9,703 nucleotides of DNA, from positions 1-9,703 of the forward strand of contig CAVNZM010000094.1 of the NCBI GenBank assembly GCA_963693365.1. The letters run 5' to 3'. Position 1 is the stretch's first letter. Each line of letters starts with the position of its first letter. Shown here one piece after another: positions 1-6,339 of this stretch. Below the pieces are notes generated by a model. It was not told the DNA's origin. It saw nothing but the letters and a program-made list of their open reading frames with translations, and searched no databases. This DNA comes from Amoebidium appalachense. Its lineage: Eukaryota > Protista > Ichthyosporea. Both the position numbers and the translations under genes were made by a program.

Positions 1-14
1 TGCATCTTGGGGAA

Positions 15-48
15 GGGGGGGGGGGGGGGTTTCATCCCCCCCTTTATT
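15..48 (-). terminator. Putative 3' end signal: AATAAA followed by a G7/C15 hairpin
   Basis: Plus-strand tttatt at 43-48 reads AATAAA on the minus strand, 4 nt after the TGA at 53-55. It is followed on the minus strand by G7-ATGAAA-C15 (plus strand C36-42 and G15-29). Confidence 0.5.
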
Positions 49-52
49 TCGT

Positions 53-883
53 TCAAAAAAGCAGTGTCGACGCCAGCTCGTTTGAGAACGACTCGCGCTG
101 CCTGAGGTCGCGCTGTGTGCTGATGGACGGGAGGTTGTCCAACCCGGCGCTGTGGATCGCTGGGTCGGGTCGTAGCTGAAGGTTGCCGTTCTTCTTGTAC
201 ACGGCGGGTGCCGCCACGTTGCGGGGACGTGTCGTGGCGGCAAGCACCTCCTGCGGCGTCAGCTTCGCCACGCTCAGCCTCTCACGCGGCCGCATCTCGC
301 TGCCCGTGAAGAGGCCCGTGCCCCGGATCTGTGAGATCGCGTCCATGGTGGAGTTGCTGACGTTTGGCCCTGCCCGATGCACGGTCTGCACAAGGTTGGG
401 GTGCACAGCCGGACGTGCGGGCGCGCCGATGAGCGCTGACGGTGTGCCTGAGGGAACCACCGAAGCCTGCTGCACAGCCCGCGTCGAAGGAGGCGCCTGC
501 GGTACCGTAACTGGCCCGTTGCCCGTGTTGACGACCGTGCCCCCGCCGTCGGCCGTGGCGTACTCGTCGTAGCCGAGCACGTACTCGTCCTCCTCGTCTC
601 CAAAGTACTCCTGGTTGCCCATGGCGACGGTATCGTCGTCGAACCCCCTAGCACTGTCCCGGTATGCAAGTGCCAGGTCTCGGTCAAATGGGCTGTCGGA
701 GGTTTGCAGCCCCCACTGCATGCCAGGGTCGTTGTTGCCTCCGGGCTGTTGCCCCGGGTCACTGTCCTCAGGCTGGAACGTAGGTGCTGTTGGCCATGCC
801 GACGCCCTCTTGTTGTAGTAGTAGAAGCCAGCTGCGATGATGCCCATGTACAGCAGCGTGCGGTCCATGGATCCAGAATTCAT
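53..883 (-). CDS. Membrane-anchored protein with NCLDV minor capsid protein P11-like C-terminal motif (276 aa; alternative start at 868)
   Basis: N-terminal hydrophobic anchor (TLLYMGIIAAGFYYY) followed by basic NKR, then a long low-complexity middle. The C-terminal KNGNLQLRPDPAI...STQRDLRQR (motif at nt 155-193) resembles the RNANLQLRSDPPI...STIxPDLxR motif I recall from chlorovirus P11-like proteins. AATAAA lies just past the stop. Confidence 0.65.
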   Translation of the reverse strand: MNSGSMDRTLLYMGIIAAGFYYYNKRASAWPTAPTFQPEDSDPGQQPGGNNDPGMQWGLQTSDSPFDRDLALAYRDSARGFDDDTVAMGNQEYFGDEEDEYVLGYDEYATADGGGTVVNTGNGPVTVPQAPPSTRAVQQASVVPSGTPSALIGAPARPAVHPNLVQTVHRAGPNVSNSTMDAISQIRGTGLFTGSEMRPRERLSVAKLTPQEVLAATTRPRNVAAPAVYKKNGNLQLRPDPAIHSAGLDNLPSISTQRDLRQRESFSNELASTLLF

Positions 884-927
884 ACCGGTTGTATAGAAAA
901 AAGCCCCAACCCCCGGGCCCCCAAGGG

Positions 928-934
928 TATAAAA
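928..934 (+). promoter_or_regulatory. TATA box of PCNA gene
   Basis: GGTATAAAAAC, 44 nt before the ATG at 972, which has a Kozak-like context (CCACCATG). Confidence 0.7.
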
Positions 935-971
935 ACAGCGTTGCCGGCACGTTCAGCGTCAGTCCCCCACC

Positions 972-1757
972 ATGCTCGTCAAGACCGTGCAAGTCAACAC
1001 GTTCAAATGCGCCATCGACAGCGTCAAGGACATCCTCGGCGAGGTGACCGTGCTGTTCAGTGGGAAGGAGGGCTTTGTTCTGCCCGCAGTTGACAATGCA
1101 AAGAAGGCCTACGTCTACATGAAGCTGCACCCCGACAAGTTTGAGATCTTCGACGTACCCAACGATGTGACCGCCACGTTCGAGATCCAGAACCTGTACA
1201 AGATCGTCAAGAACGCCACCGCCCACCGCTTCAACAGCATCGCATTCACCGCCACGGACGACACCCTGCAGGTCAAGATGGAGACCACCGATGACAGCAG
1301 CTGCATCGTGTACAACATGACCCTGGTCAAGGAGGTGCGGCAAATCCTCGACGCCCCATCGCTCGATTACGACTGTGTCTTTGTCATCGACGCCCAGGAG
1401 CTTGCGCGCTACCTGAGGGACATCCAGGCCGTGTCCAATGTCGTGAAGATCACTGTCGCGGATCGCACGCTCCGGCTGCGTGCGCTGGGCGCGCTGGGGA
1501 AGTGCAGGATAGACATCCCCGAAAAGGGAGAGGACGCGCTGAAGATCAGAAGGGGAAAAGCCACGGGTGTGGAGTTCAAGAAGGTCCCGATCGAGAAGGT
1601 CAAGGCGCAGTTCATGGTCAAGTATCTCAGCGCGTTCTGCAAGGGCGCGTGCGTGAACAGCAACGTCAGGATACACATGTCCAGTAACAAGCTCATCCGA
1701 TTCGAGTACGCCGTCAGTGACTTAGGCGTCCTAGCCTTCCATCTGTGCCCATTGTGA
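972..1757 (+). CDS. PCNA: Proliferating cell nuclear antigen (DNA sliding clamp), viral type
   Basis: 261 aa, the typical PCNA length. Motifs: FKCAIDSVKDIL, AVDNAKKAYVYMKLHPDKFE, NLYKIVK, FMVKYLSAFCKG, and C-terminal IRFEYAVSDLGVLAFHLCP. Strong G/C-ending codon bias and no introns. Confidence 0.93.
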   Translation: MLVKTVQVNTFKCAIDSVKDILGEVTVLFSGKEGFVLPAVDNAKKAYVYMKLHPDKFEIFDVPNDVTATFEIQNLYKIVKNATAHRFNSIAFTATDDTLQVKMETTDDSSCIVYNMTLVKEVRQILDAPSLDYDCVFVIDAQELARYLRDIQAVSNVVKITVADRTLRLRALGALGKCRIDIPEKGEDALKIRRGKATGVEFKKVPIEKVKAQFMVKYLSAFCKGACVNSNVRIHMSSNKLIRFEYAVSDLGVLAFHLCPL

Positions 1758-1776
1758 GATTTTCCACGCCTGGGGC

Positions 1777-4700
1777 ATGGACCGGTCCCGTAGACCGGGG
1801 TATGTTGTGGTGGACACTCAGTCCAATAAAGTCGTGGCCGATGCCTGGCCAAGTGCCGAGAATCCTGGCCGCTTCTTTCTAGAATCCCGAGCCGATGACC
1901 CTTTCCCCCTCGCACAGCTGGTGCAGGACCCGCGTCACCCGTCATACAACACCGGCACCGATAGGCAGGCCAGGGATGGCAATCTGAACCTGCGATTCCG
2001 TGTCCGTGATCCCATGTACGCACCCGCCCCGCCTACACAAACCCCACCGTCCCGATCCGAGACCTGGTGGGAGGAGCTTGCAGGCAAGGACCTGACCCAA
2101 GAACCCCTCGATGATGCCCGTGTAACTGCCGAGAACGTTCAGGGGATACTGAGCAAGGCGTATGTTCGCACAAGCACGCCGCGCCTGGTCAAGCTCGAGG
2201 GTGTCACGGACTCTAGGGGCCACGCGCTTTTCGCCAAGGAGGTGGAAAATCGGAAGGCACGCCACCCCACGACACCGGACCATCCCGAGCGCATCCGAAT
2301 GGCGTATGCCGCCCTTGCGGAGGCCCAGCGCATAGCTGGAAAAAACGTAAGGGATTCCCAGAAAGCAAAGGAGGGCAAAGCGCCGGAAGACTCCGATGAT
2401 CCCGGAGAGCCCAACATGCTCGAGGCGCTCGCCCTGATGGTGCCCGGGCTGCCACGGCCTGAGTTTGTGGAAGGAGTCCACCGCGAGGACGACGAACGGG
2501 CCTACCCCTACAAGCACGCGCTCCAGACACTCATCGCCGAGCGTGCAAAGCTGGCCAAGGAGCTGCGCGCAGCCGGTACCGATCGTGCGACCATGCGGCA
2601 GGCCCTCAAGGAACTGACCATGAGTGTTGCGCGCGACCTTTCAGGGCAGGAGTACTACGGCCGTGTCCAGCACATCCTGCGGGCCCTTGCCGATGACCAG
2701 GATCTTGACCTTCGAGATGGTAAGCGTATTCACCTCGGGTCACACGCCCCCCCCGGAGCCACCAGCATCGATGATGAAAGGGAGATGCACAAACGCTTCT
2801 ACGCCGATCTCGGCCGGCCTGAGCTCTCAGAAACCCGTTTCGATGACGCCCGCAGCCGTCTTGTTGCCAATGCCGTTTCGACCCGCCGAAGAGCAGAGGC
2901 GCCCACACCCACCACTGCCGACTCCACCGCCCAGGAACTTGCCACGGTTGCACATGCGCTGGGCGTGAGCCCGGACAACGCTCGCACGGCCATCGCCGCC
3001 TGGGCCGACCGGAAGCGGGAGCAGCTTGCGGGCCTGTACACCGCCGGGAGGCCCCGGTCGCCGGGCACCGCCGTCAACACAACATCCGACATTACGGACT
3101 CGGTGTGCGGGATCGTGTTTGTGGATCCGCACATCTCCAAGCACTTCCGGCCGATGACGTACCTGGTCGTCAGGCTCGACCGCTTTGTCCCGCGCGCAAT
3201 GCTCGTGGCGATGCACGTCATCGAGCACACGGGCAGGCCCGTTGTGTACAAGTCTAAGGCCACGGTCGCGGGGTTCTACCCACCCCAGCCCGGGGGAAAC
3301 CCCCCTCTGGCGCTGTACCAGCTGGAGCGCCAGCGGCTGATGCCCTTGGAGTCCACAGGTGATCTTCTCAACGTCGACGCGCCTGACAGCCCTTCGCCTG
3401 TCCGCTCCGTGGTCTATGAACCCCTGCCATCCCGAAGCACCGTGGCATCGAAAGGCTCCTTCACGCTGAGGCTCCTCCCCGACAACAAGGTCGCCCTGGG
3501 GGCAGAGGAGGCCCTGTGGGTGGTGGGCCCCGGGGGCGCCCGCCTGCTGCTGGTGCCGGGGGGGCGTTGGTACGGGGAGGAACCCCTCGCACAGCCCCTG
3601 CCCGCAGACGTCGAAGTGCACACGCTGAGAACTGCCGAACAGCCCGTAGGACGCCTGGGCCGTGGGAAGGCATACACGCAGGACATCCGCGATGCCATCC
3701 TGCTTGCGCACCTGCGGGACGAGAGGCTCACGGACACCGCACAGAGGCTCAAGGTCAGCACGCAGACCGTGCGGCGGGTAATAGCACGTGCCCTCAAGCA
3801 CGGCGAGTTCAGCAGCCGGCACGGCACCAACCTCGCAAGGGCCCATGAGAAATCCACCAAGCTGACGGACACACAGAAGATCGTGCTCTACGAGCTCACG
3901 ACCAAGGTACCCAACCTGACCAGCGAGAAGCTCATGGCCGCCTACAACGCACTGCCTGGCCTGCCCGAATCCGAGCGCATGAACGTGTCGGTGTCCACGC
4001 TCAACAAGTGGCGCAAGCGGCTTGGGCTGACGTACCGCCGTGGGGAGGGCGACCCGACAAACACCTTTGTAAGGTCCGTGGCTGCCGCCACCCAGTACTT
4101 TGAGGTCGAGCGCTTGCCACACCTGCAGGACAACCGCCAGAATCTGCTTTTCATCGACGAGGCCTCCGTGTACCTGGATGAGACCCCTGGCCGCGTGTGG
4201 GGGCACCGCGGCTCGCATCACAAAACCCCCAAGCCCAAGCTGCGCGGCATCGGCACAAAGCTGCTGATTTCCGTGGGGTTCCCCAAGGCGGACAACGATG
4301 GAAACATGCGGGCCGTGGTCAACTACCTGATTCTCAGTCCTCGGCCATCCGACGACCCGCTGTTCAACTACCGGCCTCTCGCCCCCCACGGCCGCGAGCC
4401 CCAAGCCGAGCTTTCCAACGAAAGCCTGGTGCCTGACGAGCTTGACGGTCGTGCGTTCTACGTGTTCTTGGAGTACGTCCTGGGGGCCGACCCACGCACG
4501 AACGGCGCAATCCTGTGCATGGACAACGCCCCCGTGCACAACACCAAGGAAAACTTGCCGGACATCAGGCAGCTCGCCGTGAGCAAGCATTGGCGCTTCC
4601 AGTGGCTCCCCCCCTACAACTCCAAGTACAACGTCGCCGAGTTGGCCATCGGCTTTGTCAAGCAGCACGTGCGCTCCCACTACCCCAAGACCTACTACCA

Positions 4701-6189
4701 CCTTCGCAAGCTGATCCAGGACGGCTGCTCACTGATCGAGCGGAACCCGGACTACATCGTCAACTGGATGAAGAAGTGCGGCTATGGTCTGCCCATCAAC
4801 ATCACCCGCAACGCCAACATCCGCAAGGACCGCATGGGCTTCTTTGCACCAGAAGGCACCATCTACACTCGCGTTGTCAAGATCACAAACCCCCAGGACA
4901 AACCCCTCAAGTGGCCCGATAACCCGAACTGGCCACGGTCCCAGCTGCGCCGCCTGCGCAACAGCATACTGGAGAACCCCGCGTGCTTTATCAGCCACGC
5001 CGGCGCCCTGTGGCGGCTGACCGAAACGGGACGCACGGCCGTCATCGATGCCCTCAACAGGGGGCACGCCACCACCGACCTGGCGCGTGCGTACACGCGC
5101 ACCGCCCCCACCACCGGAGATCCCCGATGGCAGCTGTTCAGCACGGACCCAAAGGCCTGGCAGCGGAAGGAGCTGGTAGCCACACAGCGTCCTGCCAAGC
5201 AGAAGCCTGTGAAGCCCCAGGCCCCAGCCACCCCTGTGCTTCCAGAGGTCCTCACGTCCAATCCCGCGGTCCTCCAGGCCGCCCGAGACAGGGCGGATAA
5301 AGTGCTGGCGGCCCTCAACGAGAAACTGAAGGCCGAACTGCACGAGAGCATGAAAGTCCGCGATGATCTGGACCATCTGCGGAGCAAAGCGGGCCGCGTG
5401 AGTGCTACGGACAACATAAACCCTATGTTTGCGGCCATATACGACAAGCGTGTCAGCACAAGAGCAAAAGAAGCCGCGAAGGAGAAGGAAAAGGAAAAGG
5501 TCCCCGACCCGCCCCAATCTGCGCCCGACCCGAACCAGGCCATCCACCAGCGCGAGTACTTGAACCCTCAGGTCCCTATGGACCTGGATTCTTACAACCC
5601 CCTGACCCCCGCGAGTTTGGACTCTTACAACCCCATGACCCCCATGAGTTTGGACCCGCCGACGCCTGCACCGCCTCCTCGATCTCCCCGGAAGCGTACG
5701 CGGTCTGAAGACCAGGATGAGGTCTCCGGCCCGGGCGGTGGGGCCAAGCGGTCGCGCACTGAGCAGCCCCCGGAAGGTCAAAGCGTTTTGGGTACAGCCT
5801 ACAGCCAGATGTGGTCTCCAGGGAGAGCTCATCCCGGACCGAGGCGTATCCTGCCACGGCCCGCAATCCCGCTGCAGCCACTGTCCTTTGTCCCATCCAC
5901 GAACACGTTGGGTTCGCCCGGGACTCCCTTCCCGCACATGCCATCCCCCGAGCAGCTCCGGTTTAACACACAGGCGCAGGCAATTTCCGCCAGGCCCCCG
6001 CTGAGCCATGCCTACCTGATACCGCCCCCGCCCTCGCCGTTCCCCAACCCGCAGTCGCAGATGTCCACGCCCGTAAATAATTTCACCTGGCACTATGCCA
6101 TTCGCCAAGCGCAAGCTCAAACGGTTCGGCCTCCTCCGCCTGACTGGCAACCGCAACCTCCAGCGCATTTTCAGCGCCGTGATGCGTAA
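1777..6189 (+). CDS. 1470-aa multidomain protein containing an IS630/Tc1/mariner-family DDE transposase/integrase domain
   Basis: Uninterrupted 4.4-kb ORF. Residues ~628-1003 carry HTH-like DNA-binding segments and the FIDE / MDNAPVH / LPPY...NVAE catalytic motifs. The N-terminal region is unrecognised. The C-terminal tail is Pro/Ser/Thr-rich with a basic NLS-like stretch. The true start could be a later ATG (e.g. 2014). Confidence 0.88.
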   Translation: MDRSRRPGYVVVDTQSNKVVADAWPSAENPGRFFLESRADDPFPLAQLVQDPRHPSYNTGTDRQARDGNLNLRFRVRDPMYAPAPPTQTPPSRSETWWEELAGKDLTQEPLDDARVTAENVQGILSKAYVRTSTPRLVKLEGVTDSRGHALFAKEVENRKARHPTTPDHPERIRMAYAALAEAQRIAGKNVRDSQKAKEGKAPEDSDDPGEPNMLEALALMVPGLPRPEFVEGVHREDDERAYPYKHALQTLIAERAKLAKELRAAGTDRATMRQALKELTMSVARDLSGQEYYGRVQHILRALADDQDLDLRDGKRIHLGSHAPPGATSIDDEREMHKRFYADLGRPELSETRFDDARSRLVANAVSTRRRAEAPTPTTADSTAQELATVAHALGVSPDNARTAIAAWADRKREQLAGLYTAGRPRSPGTAVNTTSDITDSVCGIVFVDPHISKHFRPMTYLVVRLDRFVPRAMLVAMHVIEHTGRPVVYKSKATVAGFYPPQPGGNPPLALYQLERQRLMPLESTGDLLNVDAPDSPSPVRSVVYEPLPSRSTVASKGSFTLRLLPDNKVALGAEEALWVVGPGGARLLLVPGGRWYGEEPLAQPLPADVEVHTLRTAEQPVGRLGRGKAYTQDIRDAILLAHLRDERLTDTAQRLKVSTQTVRRVIARALKHGEFSSRHGTNLARAHEKSTKLTDTQKIVLYELTTKVPNLTSEKLMAAYNALPGLPESERMNVSVSTLNKWRKRLGLTYRRGEGDPTNTFVRSVAAATQYFEVERLPHLQDNRQNLLFIDEASVYLDETPGRVWGHRGSHHKTPKPKLRGIGTKLLISVGFPKADNDGNMRAVVNYLILSPRPSDDPLFNYRPLAPHGREPQAELSNESLVPDELDGRAFYVFLEYVLGADPRTNGAILCMDNAPVHNTKENLPDIRQLAVSKHWRFQWLPPYNSKYNVAELAIGFVKQHVRSHYPKTYYHLRKLIQDGCSLIERNPDYIVNWMKKCGYGLPINITRNANIRKDRMGFFAPEGTIYTRVVKITNPQDKPLKWPDNPNWPRSQLRRLRNSILENPACFISHAGALWRLTETGRTAVIDALNRGHATTDLARAYTRTAPTTGDPRWQLFSTDPKAWQRKELVATQRPAKQKPVKPQAPATPVLPEVLTSNPAVLQAARDRADKVLAALNEKLKAELHESMKVRDDLDHLRSKAGRVSATDNINPMFAAIYDKRVSTRAKEAAKEKEKEKVPDPPQSAPDPNQAIHQREYLNPQVPMDLDSYNPLTPASLDSYNPMTPMSLDPPTPAPPPRSPRKRTRSEDQDEVSGPGGGAKRSRTEQPPEGQSVLGTAYSQMWSPGRAHPGPRRILPRPAIPLQPLSFVPSTNTLGSPGTPFPHMPSPEQLRFNTQAQAISARPPLSHAYLIPPPPSPFPNPQSQMSTPVNNFTWHYAIRQAQAQTVRPPPPDWQPQPPAHFQRRDA
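1825..1830 (+). promoter_or_regulatory. Possible polyadenylation signal for PCNA mRNA
   Basis: AATAAA about 68 nt downstream of the PCNA stop, inside the 5' end of the large ORF. Confidence 0.35.
3658..4785 (+). mobile_element. Tc1/IS630-like transposase domain (HTH + DDE catalytic core), no visible TIRs
   Basis: GKAYTQDIRDAIL...TAQRLKVSTQTVRRVI (first HTH); VSVSTLNKWRKRLGLTYRR (second HTH and linker); LLFIDEAS (D794, nt 4156); ILCMDNAPVH (D916, nt 4522); WLPPYNSKYNVAE (E955, nt 4639); terminal IVNWMKKCGY like IS630 C-termini. Confidence 0.88.
5584..5655 (+). repeat. 33-bp coding tandem repeat (about 2.2 copies; LDSYNPxTPxS)
   Basis: ctggattcttacaaccccctgacccccgcgagt (5584-5616), ttggactcttacaaccccatgacccccatgagt (5617-5649), and a partial ttggac. 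A degenerate unit (EYLNPQVPMD) precedes them. Confidence 0.85.
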
Positions 6190-6316
6190 GTATAAAAGCC
6201 GCAGCAACGTGGACAACGCCACCACTCGCAGACTGGAGGCCCAAGTGACACGCCGCTACAGAAACAAGCCGTTCTCTCGTCACGATATCGACGTGTTTGT
6301 AGGTTCGAGGTTGTGA
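6095..6316 (+). CDS. Possible small basic protein (73 aa) overlapping the 3' end of the large ORF
   Basis: Lys/Arg-rich, protein-like composition, with AT-rich taaataattt about 20 nt upstream. However, it overlaps the large ORF by 95 nt and spans a TATA box. Confidence 0.3.
   Translation: MPFAKRKLKRFGLLRLTGNRNLQRIFSAVMRKYKSRSNVDNATTRRLEAQVTRRYRNKPFSRHDIDVFVGSRL
6191..6197 (+). promoter_or_regulatory. TATA box, probably for the 6340 gene
   Basis: GTATAAAAG immediately after the TAA of the large ORF. There is no ATG between it and 6340. The spacing (149 nt) is longer than at the other three boxes. Confidence 0.5.
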
Positions 6317-6339
6317 CCCGATTATTGACGCGTGCTGGT

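Noticed and set aside
865-889. Cluster of palindromic restriction sites (CCATGG, GGATCC, GAATTC, ACCGGT) resembling a polylinker
   Set aside because: It lies across a natural gene start with no other vector sequence, so it is most likely chance.
5584-5655. CRISPR-like repeat
   Set aside because: The copies are directly adjacent with no spacers and preserve the reading frame, so this is a coding tandem duplication.
4786-6189. Fanzor/TnpB RNA-guided nuclease fused or linked to the transposase
   Set aside because: No RuvC motifs or CxxC zinc ribbon in the C-terminal region or in neighbouring ORFs.
1777-6189. PCNA-binding PIP box in the large protein (QGILSKAY, QSVLGTAY)
   Set aside because: Only partial matches with a single aromatic residue, which is expected by chance in 1470 aa.
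1758-6200. Autonomous Tc1/IS630 element with TIRs
   Set aside because: No matching inverted ends or TA duplication seen by eye around either the ORF or the DDE domain. A TACACTC at 4864 resembles a Tc1 left end but is in the wrong orientation and has no partner. An einverted run is needed to exclude short TIRs.
2827-6225. Long antisense ORFs (2827-4701, 624 aa; 4729-6225, 498 aa), plus 768-1676, 6322-6882 and 8028-8792
   Set aside because: They lie opposite well-supported genes with strong G/C-ending codon bias, which removes antisense stops. The translations are V/G/L/R-rich and carry no motifs.
6313-6339. GTG start at 6313 with a bacterial-style GTGA overlap
   Set aside because: Context is eukaryotic (TATA, Kozak, AATAAA), so the in-frame ATG at 6340 is more plausible.
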